64,000 nucleotides of DNA from Epithemia pelagica. Its lineage: Eukaryota; Protista; Bacillariophyta. Shown piece after piece: positions 23,715 through 35,588 of the stretch. The notes under the pieces are model-generated. The model worked only from the letters and a program-made list of their open reading frames with translations. It was not told the origin of the DNA and made no database searches. Where the stretch lies: assembly GCA_946965045.2 (NCBI GenBank), contig OX337240.1:2976001-3040000 (forward strand), in the 5' to 3' direction. Each line of letters opens with the position of its first letter. Position 1 is the first letter of the stretch. Position numbers and translations under genes: made by a program.

Positions 23715-26042
23715 TTAAAAAAACCAGAGTCCGTGCTTCCTCCGCTTTTTCTGCTGCGGTTGATCTTGATCAGCACTGTCCACATATCCCATCCTCTCCC
23801 GATGTTTCTTAAGAAGATTCTCCATGAACACATTTTGTCTCTGAAACAGTCCATCAACTGATACATATTCTCGATCATCCCTCACCTTCTGCTGCAATTC
23901 ATCAAGACGATCAAGGCCAATATCACTCATACCACGTCCCTTTTTGTTTGCACAACCTGAATACTTGTATTGTTCTACTCCATCTGTATCAATGTCCTCA
24001 TTAATTTGGTGCGCTTGACACCAAGCAGGGTCTTCTTTGTACAACTTTTGTTTGAACTCTTGTCTGCTCCTCAGAGCCCATGCATCCCATGAATCTTCAA
24101 GAGCCAAGAGAATGAAAGCTTCATCACTCGTAGTAAACTTACTCATCGCTTCCTTCCATATTGCTTGCTTTTGTGCTTCTGGTGTATTAGCTGTAATATC
24201 TTGATTAATGATATCTCTCACCATTCCATCTCCATAAACCGACCCCCCAAATACTTCAAACATGAAAACATAAGCATCATTGTCTCCATTCACTCCTCTC
24301 ATTTGCATCATCTCTTCAAGACTTGGCATAGGACCTAGATTTTCATCGTCAACCAATAACTTAGGGAATTGTCGCCGAACAATTCCACCACCATGTGTTC
24401 TCCATAGATTTAACGAGAAATGTTCTGCCAGGCAGGAAGGCTCAGGTTAGAGCAAAACTTTCCACAAGAATGAGAACAAGATAGCACCAAGACAGTACCA
24501 ACTTACTCATGAACCTGAACCTTAGCGATTGTAGAACATTTGATCTCTTGCGTCTGAATTCTTTCCTCAAATGGGGGGAATACCTTTCCCACCACTTTGC
24601 CTTAGCCACATCACCAATAATCTTTTCTCGTTCGAAATACGCCTTGAAGTGATCCTTCCCCAAATGCCATAATCCATTATCATCTGCATCACAATCATCG
24701 GCAAGTGAGAAATACTTCACGTACCTCCAAGCAACATCAGGCACAAAAGTCTGGAACTCATCCGTACGACAAGCTAAGGGTAGATCCTTGTATTTGCTCC
24801 TGCTCTTTCTTTGCTGTTCTCTCTTTCTTTCCCTCTTGTATTCTCTCCTTCTTTCCCTCTCACCAGACGTTGCATTAGCCCCAGAACTCTGACCATCACT
24901 AGTACCATAGATAGATGATGCAACCATTGAGCTATCGCCTCCGACTTCCATGGCTACAAGAGATGATGACGACCAAGAGAGATCAGAAAGTGAGGAAACA
25001 TCATCCATCCAGAAGTCCACATCTTTTTCGATTGTACATTTCCAAACCCACATCAACCCAGATTAGAGTTCCACTCTAACCAGTCAATACCGATAGGGCA
25101 CAAACAAAACAAAGGAAGTACACCTTACTTACAAACGCGACTGACTCCTCCGCCACCACCACCACCACCACCCATAACCTCTTCCATAATATTTTCAACA
25201 TCTTGGTGCGACATTACAGTCACACCACCATTGTCATTAGCTGCGCACTCAATATTATTTGTATCCATATGGTGATGTGTTTGCTGTGGTTGGTGAACAC
25301 CAGCGCCTCCTTGCATCAGAACGCCCCCATTGGGTGGGTATGGGACAGACATCATCTGCTGTTGTGGGTATCCTTGATGCACCATAATACCAGTTCCTTG
25401 TTGTGGATAAATCGTAGATGATGGGGCCGCCGGGAAATGATGATGTTGTTGCCCCCCAAGAGGAGCTTGGGAATAATTGAACTGTGTATGGACCTGATGT
25501 TGTTGTTGCCTTTGAGGAAGAAATGACAACACCGATGGATTTGGTTGCTGGTGAGGATAAGGATGGGTATGATTCGGATATGGAGCAACTCCATTCGCAT
25601 TATAAGGAACTCGCTGACCATGGTCGACTCCATTCATAACAGCAGTATTGTGTTCGGATTCCATAGGTGCTCCTGTATTAGTAACACCACGGGTTCCTGT
25701 ACAGCTCATGGTACTACCTTGGTCCTGGGATTCGTTGGATGAAGCTCCCCGTCCTCCTTTTTCCTGAAATATTACCTGACTCTTTTCAGATACGGATCCT
25801 GAATCCTCTTGGTTACGGTCATCATTGCTATTCTTCTTGTTGACATCTCTGATCGTTATTTCTTCGTCGTCTGTTTCATCATCGGTACTGCTTTCTCCAG
25901 CATCTTTGCCACCAGATAAACCATGGAACGCTGAATTCTTACTGTTTTGGTTGTCCTTTTTATCTTGCTTTGGATCACCACAGCGTTGGCTTCCTTGTTT
26001 TCTATTCTTGGTCCCCTGGTTTGTTTCAGAAGGGGGCGACAT
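23715..26042 (-). CDS. Transposon companion gene, multi-exon, function unknown
   Basis: In-frame GT-AG intron 24425-24506 (GTAAGT donor, CTAAC branch site) joins ORFs 24442-25056 and 23715-24356; motif TTSDEAFILLALEDSW...KYSG...GMS..GLDRLDEL; link to ORF 25125-26042 is unresolved. Confidence 0.6.
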
Positions 26043-26476
26043 GACAAAAAGAGTATACCTGATATAAGAAGTGTTGACAATGCAATGAGTTTTGGGTGCA
26101 ACAAGAGGAGAATGTTATGCCAATCCGTTTTCATTGAGGTCTTACCTTTCGACCATCAAATTTCAAAAGTCGAGCCGTTTGTTCCGAGTACACCCGGTTT
26201 TTTTTGAATTGAACCAAATCGTCAGGCGACAATTATACATTCAAACGACCAATGCCACATGGGCATTTGTGTTCGTTCCGATCCCATGTACCGATAGACT
26301 CATAGTTTATGTAGAATAGTATGGGTGGATGGGCGGGGGGGTGGGGGTAAACCATATCCATCCACAACCAATGAAAAAGCGAGCCGGGCGACCATAAAAT
26401 CGAAACCATTCGTGTCAGTCGTCACATTAGCAATGATTCTCATTCCACAAAGACTAAGGACCACAAAACCAATGCC

Positions 26477-29400
26477 ATGGGCCGTCCTTGTAAACCAAGG
26501 TATTTAAGAAATAAACCTTCCGTCATCAAAGATCAATGGGTAGGCGAAGATCCAAATGCGAGTACAGGTGGTTCCATTCTTCCATGTCGTAAATGTAGAA
26601 ATTGTCATGTATTATTCCACGTCTCCGGGATCTTCCAACATGAAAGGGTTTGTAGCACCAAAAGAGAAAACGGCACTTTGGTCTCACATGCATTGGAGCA
26701 CGAATCGTCAATGATATGCCACGAAACTGCTGGTGTCGAGAACAATACCTCTCATGATAAAGATCAGGGAAATCATTTAGAAAATGGAGGAACCGATGAT
26801 AGTGCTGTAGGGATTTCAGAAAATGGAGGAACCGACAATGGTGCTGTAGGGATTTCCTGGGCGGACGATCGAGAAGATGAGGAAAGAGAGGATCTGCAAC
26901 CCACTACACAAAAACAACCCATCGTGAGACAGCCATGTCGGAATAGTACAAATATTGCTCATTCCTTGCTGTCATCTGAGAATGAGGAAGAATCAGATGA
27001 GGACCAAGAAGAGGGACCACCAGCAGATCATGATGATGGGCTCCAACAAACTGTCGATGACAATGAGGATGTCCAAGGCAAAGGTTCATCCAGTGATGAC
27101 CATGTTATCGATGAAAACTCAAAAGACAATCCTTTGGAATTTCCAGTGTATCTTGAACAAAATGGTCTCCGATTTTCCGAAGATGACAAGGCTTTATTGA
27201 GGTTGGCCATACTCCTCCGGAATGCTGGGTGTCCAAAGTTCATGTTCGATGCCATTTTGGCATGGATTGATTATACTAACGAGTGTTGTGGCTCACGTTT
27301 TTTCAATAAAAAACATCCACGGCGAAAGGGATTCATGGCGAAATTTGAAAAAAGAGGTTTCGATTTCCCCAAACCAAAGATTGTCACCGTCCCAATGGAA
27401 GTTACAACCAAAAAGGATATAATCGTTCCAGACAGTGAGAAGTCCGTTGATACCGTTATATTTGATTTTGTGCATCAACTTCGACGTGTCTTGCAAGATC
27501 CTGAAGCCACTTCCAAGGATAAAACAATATTATGTGATGACGACCCGTATCGCCCTTATACACCGAATAAATGTCTCGAAAACATACAAGATGGCCATGT
27601 TTTCCAACGTACCGTACGGAAATACAGACATGACAACGATACTTTCGTTGTTGGTTTATTGTCTTATATGGATAAGACACACGCGAAAGGGGATGGTCGC
27701 TTTAATGCGGAACCAGTTGTTATGGTACCTTCATTTTTGACGATGTCTGAAATGCGAAAACCGAATAGACAAATCATTTTAGGGTTGATCACAGATATGG
27801 AACGGAAGTCATCTGCGGCCAAATACATCTTGGATAGGGGGTCCCCCTGTCGGAATTATCATGCACAGCTCTCGCGAATACACCAAGCTCTTTTGAAGAT
27901 ACAGAATCGAGGTGGATTGTGGATGCGATTACGGATCCATGGGATCGAGAAGGTGGTGAGATTAGTATTACCTGTGATCATGATAAAGGGAGATGCGAAG
28001 TCACAAGATAACATCGCAGGAAGATATGCATCTCATCATCAAAGTGTTGGCCGGCTTGTTTGGCAGTGTGATTGCACACCTCGGGAGTCTAGATACCCAT
28101 GGTCCACATGCAACTACCTCTTCAAAAACCCTATCCATTTCAGAAGCCTCCGTGTGCTTGGTTTAGATAAACCATCAGGAAACCCAATAGTTATCGATTC
28201 TGGACAACCCGGTATAGATGATCCGAGAGAGGATCCTTGGAGAGAACCTGTGAACAATTCCAAGAAAATTTTACATCAGATTGGACAATACCCAGTGAAC
28301 AACATCTACAACCATTTGTATTTGGGTGAGGGTGTTAATAAAACACATGGGATTTTTACCGCGGCATGTTGTGATGTATTACATACTTTGAAATCGGGGA
28401 TCATGAAATATATCATGACTGATTTCTTTGCTCTGATGACAATGAGAGAAAAAGCCATGTTTGATTTCTTGTACAGCTCTTTCTTCCGAGCCAACCGGCA
28501 GTCGGTATTCTCTTATTCTTCTAGTTGGGGGTACCCCAGAACATCCTTCTCTGCAGGTATCAGTAATGTTACAAAGGTAACAGCCAATGAATGGGTTGGT
28601 ATTATGTTTGTCTCAGCCGCTTTGTGTGTTTCTGTTCGTGGTCATCTTATTTTCGCTTCAACTATGGCGGAGAAATGGAAAAAAGTAGTTGCAGAGTGGA
28701 AACAATGGTGCAAAGAAGAAGAAGAGAGACGAAAGAAAAAGGAAGAAGAGAAAGAACGGAAGAGAAAGAAAAATGAATTAGAAAAAAAAAAGAAAAAACG
28801 ACTACGAATGGGCGCTGGACAAAACAACGTATCCTCTACCAACAATAAACGTCAACGACAATCGAAAAAAAACCCGGTTGTACACCACAGTATTGCTGAT
28901 GCTTCATCCGATTCGGATGAGAATGACTCACCTGTGGATGATAGTAACGAAGAAATAACCACAAATATCAACGACAATCTGCCCGTTCATGTACAGGAAA
29001 ATGAAGATTACCAATATTGTGAACCTGACATTGAGGTACAGGTTACGAGTGAAACAGTATTCGACGATGACCCTGTGGCATATGCATCGATCTGGGATGA
29101 AGGTGAGCGGGAACCATATCTGGATTTCCTCTTCCTGCTTGAGACAATACTCTGTTTCAACAGCTGGACAAGGATGGATAGATTTTGGGATAGCGACCCA
29201 CGTTCTCCTGCCGCGAAGGAAACAGCGCGACGATCAGTTGAATCTGTCAAGATAATGATGGATGGTATACGGCGGTATGCACCACAATTGGATAAAAAAG
29301 GGAAACTGATGTGCAATGGTTGGATGATCCCAAAATACCACAACTTGGTACATATAGTTCGACAGGTGTCCAATTTTGGCCCAGTTAAAATATCCGACAC

Positions 29401-30607
29401 TGAATCAGAGGAGAGTAACCACAAAGAAATTGTCAAACTGAATGCCAAAACAGTACAAAAGCGGGGTAAGGGTGTCTTCGACAGTCAACTTGGTGATAAC
29501 ATATGGCAGATGCAGGCATGGGATCTGCTCTGTAAAGCATCAGGGATCAAACAAGATGACGTGGAGCTACTAAAAAATGGTCAATCTCCAACCATTGTGG
29601 CAAGGAAAAAAAGAAGTCAAGTGTATCATAGTCATGAGAATGATGACGAGGACGATGAAGAAGATAGATGTAAATTCAAGGGGCGAGGGACAACAATACA
29701 AATCCAATTGGTCAGATCTGGACAGACAGAGAGCCCCGTGGTCAAGTGTACTTACAAGTATATTTCGAAAACAAATACCGGTATGATCCTCCCAAAAGTA
29801 ATCCTTGACTTCCTGGTGAAACATGCAAGTGCCATCTTCACACAAATGAATATTATACAACAGAATGACACAAGTGATTACATCATGATCCATGGGTGTA
29901 CAGAGGTCAAATTCAGGGATGAAAACATAGGTGGTATCCGATGTCATCCTAATTACCAAAGTGAGGGTCCTTGGAGAGACTGGGTGAAAGCATGGATCCC
30001 ACGACACCAGCGAACACCATTCACTGACACTGCAACAGGTAATCAGGGAACAGACAATATCTTGGTACTCTGTCAGGTTTTATGCTTCATACGCAGACCA
30101 TGGGAACAACGGGAAAGTGCTGGTCACATGCAAGAACAGGGAAATGATGCTCGTACATCAAGAATCCACCAAGAAAAACCGAGAGATGTCACACATGCTT
30201 TATTACGAACCACTTATCGTCGTAGTGACAAGGATAAAGAGAAGTCCTCCGTCCTTTTCATTCGATGGAGCAAGGCCTTTACCCGGAATTCCCGTGTTCC
30301 CGATCTTGTATTGGTTCCTATCACCAATATAGTTGAATTGGTAGGAGTGATCGATGAAAACCCGGAAATGATCCAACACCGAGATAAGGTACCGGAATAC
30401 CTGCATTCTGATGCGGAAAGAGAAATATTGCTTGAATATACTCGGAATCACAGGAACTATTCCGATATTGTATGGGAGGTACTTCCTGCCAGTAAATGGG
30501 CCAATGAGTTCAATGACTCAGCAAGTGATTCGTTGAGAGCAAGATATACATCATCATCAGATCCTTCACAAACAACAACAACAGATCGTAACACTGCTGG
30601 ATCATGA
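26477..30607 (+). CDS. Plavaka/CMC(EnSpm)-like transposase, 1376 aa
   Basis: YMDKTH, IKGDAKSQD...GRY..H...CDC, CDVLHTLKSGI, PKYHNLVH...FG...DTESEESNHK, C-terminal HP...GPWRDWV; N-terminal C2H-type finger (CRNC...HERVC). Confidence 0.8.
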   Translation: MGRPCKPRYLRNKPSVIKDQWVGEDPNASTGGSILPCRKCRNCHVLFHVSGIFQHERVCSTKRENGTLVSHALEHESSMICHETAGVENNTSHDKDQGNHLENGGTDDSAVGISENGGTDNGAVGISWADDREDEEREDLQPTTQKQPIVRQPCRNSTNIAHSLLSSENEEESDEDQEEGPPADHDDGLQQTVDDNEDVQGKGSSSDDHVIDENSKDNPLEFPVYLEQNGLRFSEDDKALLRLAILLRNAGCPKFMFDAILAWIDYTNECCGSRFFNKKHPRRKGFMAKFEKRGFDFPKPKIVTVPMEVTTKKDIIVPDSEKSVDTVIFDFVHQLRRVLQDPEATSKDKTILCDDDPYRPYTPNKCLENIQDGHVFQRTVRKYRHDNDTFVVGLLSYMDKTHAKGDGRFNAEPVVMVPSFLTMSEMRKPNRQIILGLITDMERKSSAAKYILDRGSPCRNYHAQLSRIHQALLKIQNRGGLWMRLRIHGIEKVVRLVLPVIMIKGDAKSQDNIAGRYASHHQSVGRLVWQCDCTPRESRYPWSTCNYLFKNPIHFRSLRVLGLDKPSGNPIVIDSGQPGIDDPREDPWREPVNNSKKILHQIGQYPVNNIYNHLYLGEGVNKTHGIFTAACCDVLHTLKSGIMKYIMTDFFALMTMREKAMFDFLYSSFFRANRQSVFSYSSSWGYPRTSFSAGISNVTKVTANEWVGIMFVSAALCVSVRGHLIFASTMAEKWKKVVAEWKQWCKEEEERRKKKEEEKERKRKKNELEKKKKKRLRMGAGQNNVSSTNNKRQRQSKKNPVVHHSIADASSDSDENDSPVDDSNEEITTNINDNLPVHVQENEDYQYCEPDIEVQVTSETVFDDDPVAYASIWDEGEREPYLDFLFLLETILCFNSWTRMDRFWDSDPRSPAAKETARRSVESVKIMMDGIRRYAPQLDKKGKLMCNGWMIPKYHNLVHIVRQVSNFGPVKISDTESEESNHKEIVKLNAKTVQKRGKGVFDSQLGDNIWQMQAWDLLCKASGIKQDDVELLKNGQSPTIVARKKRSQVYHSHENDDEDDEEDRCKFKGRGTTIQIQLVRSGQTESPVVKCTYKYISKTNTGMILPKVILDFLVKHASAIFTQMNIIQQNDTSDYIMIHGCTEVKFRDENIGGIRCHPNYQSEGPWRDWVKAWIPRHQRTPFTDTATGNQGTDNILVLCQVLCFIRRPWEQRESAGHMQEQGNDARTSRIHQEKPRDVTHALLRTTYRRSDKDKEKSSVLFIRWSKAFTRNSRVPDLVLVPITNIVELVGVIDENPEMIQHRDKVPEYLHSDAEREILLEYTRNHRNYSDIVWEVLPASKWANEFNDSASDSLRARYTSSSDPSQTTTTDRNTAGS

Positions 30608-31003
30608 AGGTGTCAGTGAAAGTCGTTCTGTATAACCAATAAGGGGGTGGGTGGGGGTGGGGTGGAGGGTGTGTTTCCAACCACCAACAAAGGTCATAGG
30701 GGATGTCCGAGTGGTATCCGTAATATTTATTTCAGAGAAGTGGTCCCAATAATATACTCCCCAACATGTCGGAGTGGTACTCCGTTTATTAAAAAGAGTG
30801 ACACGTGATGAGGGATAGTACGAGATAGATGTCCATGTGGTATCCACAAACGGCAGCCGACCCATTATTCTTCATAAAAAAACAAACACATCTTAGTAGA
30901 AGTCTCGTCTCTTCTTTTTCTTGAATGTGATAGGTTCATTCTGTTTGATCATCAAGTAATCATTTTTACACAAGCGGTGAGATAAAACTCTCTGGCTTAC
31001 GCA

Positions 31004-32275
31004 ATGTTGAGCAATCCATACAAAAAACCACGCACCATGACGAACCCATACAACAAACGCCGAAAACCACAAAGTACCAAACCACAAAACAAGGGGGTAC
31101 TTAGTGAAAGCCGTGGAAACAATCTTCATCCAGAAGAAACCCAGTTCCAAAATGACGGCGACATCACATTTCTCGAGGATTTATTTCAATTGAGAGAAGA
31201 GAAATTCCAGAAAGAGAATAAAGGACATCACAAAAATAACAACAGCAACCACGTCGGCGAATTGGTACCACGAGTAGTAGATGACAGCTCTCCTGAACCA
31301 GGTATATCCGTCGAAGGGCATCACGAGAAAACAGAGCAGCCAAAGAAAACAGAGACTCCTGGTAACGTTGTTGTACCACCATCCATTCCCGATACAACTA
31401 TCGTTCCTCATACTAATCCCAAGAAAACGGTCATTCGCAATCCATATGCGGTCAAAAGCCGTATCATTGACCCCTCTGTGGTCACTGCGAAATTTAAGAC
31501 AATACCATTGGCTCCAGAATCACCAAGTTATTCTGATCGAGTTGGTGACCGAGATGCAGACTTTCACCCTGAAGTGGTTAAGTTCACCAGACTTGCCAAC
31601 GAGGTATTGGGTTCTACAGAGAATATAGCAGATGCCATTTGTCCAGTTTGTTTGTTTCAAGATAACCCAACAACCGATCGGTATTTAACAGGAAAATTCT
31701 GGCATCCTTTTGGTACTACTCACCGGTGCCGTGACCATTGTTACGGTTGTGGGGTACATTGTGATGTATGCGAAACAGGTGGCAATGAATACAAATGCCG
31801 GCAATGCATTTTCGACCACGATGGGAAACTCCATGATAAACTTGTGGATCGCACATGTACTTATATTCCAATCGTATGTAAGGGTTGCCTCCGACCATGC
31901 AATTCAAATGGAGAATGTGTCAGTATTCGGGTCTGTTGGAAGTCCAACAATAAATATTTCATATGGCGTTTCTGTATGATCGTTCGAAGAGCCTTACTCT
32001 TGAATCAATACAGGCCTGACTTGACTTCTGGGGTGGGAGGGATACCCCGATACACACAGGTAGTCATAGTCAAAGCAGTTCAACAGATGTACAAGGACCT
32101 CCGGTACCCCAATGAATCATCACAATTCTCTAGCCCCTTCATACACATGGGAACAGAGGTCGAGTGGACAAAATGGTTGGTATCAACCTGCTTCGGTCCC
32201 TTTTTCAATTACATGGTGTTATTCCGATACTGTTTCCAAGCCATCATGAACCTCAAAGAGAATACCGCGACTTAA
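31004..32275 (+). CDS. Cys-rich hypothetical cargo protein 1
   Basis: 423-aa ORF with CPVC, CYGC, CRQC, CKGC; C-terminal half similar to 35589-36464. Confidence 0.7.
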   Translation: MLSNPYKKPRTMTNPYNKRRKPQSTKPQNKGVLSESRGNNLHPEETQFQNDGDITFLEDLFQLREEKFQKENKGHHKNNNSNHVGELVPRVVDDSSPEPGISVEGHHEKTEQPKKTETPGNVVVPPSIPDTTIVPHTNPKKTVIRNPYAVKSRIIDPSVVTAKFKTIPLAPESPSYSDRVGDRDADFHPEVVKFTRLANEVLGSTENIADAICPVCLFQDNPTTDRYLTGKFWHPFGTTHRCRDHCYGCGVHCDVCETGGNEYKCRQCIFDHDGKLHDKLVDRTCTYIPIVCKGCLRPCNSNGECVSIRVCWKSNNKYFIWRFCMIVRRALLLNQYRPDLTSGVGGIPRYTQVVIVKAVQQMYKDLRYPNESSQFSSPFIHMGTEVEWTKWLVSTCFGPFFNYMVLFRYCFQAIMNLKENTAT

Positions 32276-32281
32276 ATTAAA

Positions 32282-35200
32282 CAGACTTCGACGACCCAAA
32301 CTTCCATGGACATGGAGCAAAAACACCCTTCTATAACTTGAATCGCTCCAAATATTGGTAGAGACACTTGGGGTATCATAGGTATGGACGTCAATGGCTC
32401 TGAACTCGTGTATCACGGACCAAAAGTCTTGTTGTAGACCATACCAGTGTCACATTGTCGATGTCCCAAACTTCCATGGACATGGAGCAAAGACACCCTT
32501 CTATAACTTGAATCGCTCCAAATATTGGTAGAGACACTTGGGGTATCATAGGTATGGATGTCATAGGCTCTGAACTCGTGTATCGCGGACCAAAAGTCTT
32601 GTTGTAGACCATACCAGTGTCGCGTTGTAAATGTACCAAACTTCCATGGACATGGAGCAAAGACACCCTTCTATAACTTGAATCGCTCCAAATATTGGTA
32701 AAGACACTTGGGGTATCATAGGCATGGACGTCATAGGCTCTGAACTCGTCTATCGCGGACCAAAAGTCTTGTTGTAGACCATACCGGTCTTGCGTTGTCG
32801 ATGTCCCAAACTTCCATGGACATGGAGCAAAGACACCCTTCTATAACTTGAATCGCTCCAAATTTCGCTAGAGACACTTGGGGCATCATAGGTATGGATA
32901 TCATAGGCTCTGAACTCGTCTATCACGGACCAAAAGTCTTGTTGTAGACCATACCGGTGTTGTGTTGTCAATGTCCCAAACTTCCATGGACATGGAGCAA
33001 AGACACCCTTCTATAACTTGAATCGCTCGAAATATTGGTAGAGACACTTGGGGTATCATAGGTATGGACGTTAATGGCTCTGAACTCGTGTATCGCGGAC
33101 CAAAAGTCTTGTTGTAGACCATACCAGTGTCGCGTTGTCGATGTCCCAAACTTCCATGGACATGGAGCAAAGACACCCTTCTATAACTTGAATCGCTCCA
33201 AATATTGGTAGAGACACTTGGGGTATCATAGGCATGGACGTCATAGGCTCTGAACTCGTCTATCGCGGACCAAAAGTCTTGTTGTAGACCATACCGGTAT
33301 TGCGTTGTCGTTGTACAAAATTACCATGGACATGGAGCAAAGACACCCTTCTATAACTTGAATCACTCCAAATTTCGGTAGAGGCACTTGGTGTATCATA
33401 GCAATGGACGTCATAGACTCTGAACTCGTGTATCACAGACCAAAAGTCTTGTTGTAGACCATACCAGTGTCGCGTTGTCGATGTCCCAAACTTCCGTGGA
33501 CATGGAGCAAAGACACCCTTCTATAACTTGAATCGCTCCAAATTTCGCTAGAGACACTTGGGGCATCATAGGTATGGATATCATAGGCTCTGAACTCGTC
33601 TATCACGGACCAAAAGTCTTGTTGTAGACCATACCAGTGTCGCGTTGTCGATGTCCCAAACTTCCATGGACATGGAGCAAAGACACCCTTCTATCACTTA
33701 AATCGCTCCAAATATTGATAGAGACACTTGGGGTATCATAGGTATGGATATCATAGGCTCTGAACTCGTCTATCACGGACCAAAAGTCTTGTTGTAGACC
33801 ATATCAGTGTGGCGTTGTCGTTGTACCGAATTACCATGGACATGGAGCAAAGACACCCTTCTATAACTTGAATCACTCCAAATTTCGGTAGAGTCACTTG
33901 GTGTATCATAGCAATGGACGTCATAGGCTCTGAACGCGTGTATCGCAGACCAAAAGTCTTGTTGTAGACCATACCAGTGTCGCGTTGTCGATGTCCCAAA
34001 CTTCCGTGGACATGGAGCAAAGACACCCTTCTATCACTTAAATCGCTCCAATTATTGGTAGAGACACTTGGGGTATCATAGGCATGGATGTCATAGGCTC
34101 TGAACTCGTGTATCACAGACCAAAAGTCTTGTTATAGACCATACCGGTGTCGTGTCGTCGATGTCCCAAACTTCCATGGACATGGAGCAAAGACACCCTT
34201 CTATCACTTAAATCGCTCCAAATATTGGTAGAGACACTTGGGGTATCACAGGCATGGATATCATAGGCTCTGAACTCGTCTATCGCAGACCAACAGTCTT
34301 GTTGTAGACCATACCGGTGACGTGTTGTCGATGTCCCAAACTTCCATGGACATGGAGCAAAGACACCCTTCTATAACTTGAATCGCTCCAAATATTGGTA
34401 AAGACACTTGGGGTATCATAGGCATGGACGTCATAGGCTCTGAACTCGTCTATCGCGGACCAAAAGTCTCGTTGTAGACCATACCAGTGTAGTGTTGTCA
34501 ATGTCCCAAACTTCCATGGACATGGAGCAAAGACACCCTTCTATAACTTGAATCCCTCCAAATTTCGGTAGAGACACTTGGGGTATTATAGGAATGGACG
34601 TCATAGGCTCTGAACGCGTGTACCATGGACCAAAAGTCTTGTAGTAGACCATACTGGTGTGGTGTTGCCGTTGTACCAAACTTCCATAGACATGGAGCAA
34701 AGTCACCCTTCTATAACTTGAATCGCACCAAATTTCAATAGAGACACTTGGGGTATCATAGGAATGGATGTCATAGTCTTTGATCTCGTCTATCACGGAC
34801 CAAAAGTCTCGTTGTAGGCCATACCAGTATCGCGTTTCCGTTGTCTCAACCTTCCATGAGGGGTATGGAGCAACAACACCCTTCTATGACTTGAAGCGCT
34901 CCAAAATTCGGTACAGACACTTGCGGTATCATAGGCATGGACGTCATAGGCGCTGAACTCGTCTATCATTGACGTAAATTATTGTTGTAGACCACACCGG
35001 TGCGGTGTTGTCGTCGTCCCAATCTTCCATAGACTTTTTGGAACAAAGACATTTTTCTTTTCATCTAATCGACCCAGGTCTTGGTACATATCCTCGGGAC
35101 ATCATAGCCATGTGTACCATAGGCTCTGATCTCATGTGCCGTCAAGACAAAGGCTTGCAATAGATTAGATCGGTTTGGTGTTGTCGTCGTGCCAAAATTG

Positions 35201-35450
35201 TATGGACATGGAGCAAAGAGATCCTTCTCTTCATGGAATCGGTCCAGATTTTGGAAGAGACCCATAGTGTCTCATTTTTATGGATACCATAGGATCTGAT
35301 CTCGTGATCTGTGACGAGAAAGGCTTGCAATAGACCATACCGATATAGCGTTGGCCTTGACATCGTCCAAAAATTTCGTACGCTCATTTCATCCTCCATT
35401 GATTCGTATGACAAAGCAAACAAGACTCGGAAATTCTTAGCGTTATTTGA
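32282..35450. repeat. 170-bp tandem satellite, about 16 conserved plus 2-3 degenerate units
   Basis: CTTCCATGGACATGGAGCAA (or a variant) recurs at 32301, 32471, 32641 ... 34851, exactly every 170 bp. Confidence 0.97.
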
Positions 35451-35588
35451 ATTTTTCCCCATAAAAACGATAAGAATTGAGAGATAGTCAGGATCAGTTG
35501 TTTTCTCTGAAGTACATCTTCTTCCAACCGCAAACAGAAATCCTCATACCATTGCTCTTCAAGAAGACCGTTCGATATCGTATAAAAG

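Noticed and set aside
26477-30607. Assignment as KDZ/Zisupton or Tc1/mariner transposase
   Set aside because: No CxC-KDZ motifs or 8-bp TSD, and no Tc1-type DD34E/D domain despite the TA duplication; motifs fit Plavaka/CMC better
32282-35450. CRISPR-like array
   Set aside because: Whole 170-bp units are homologous; no unique spacers and no cas genes; eukaryotic context
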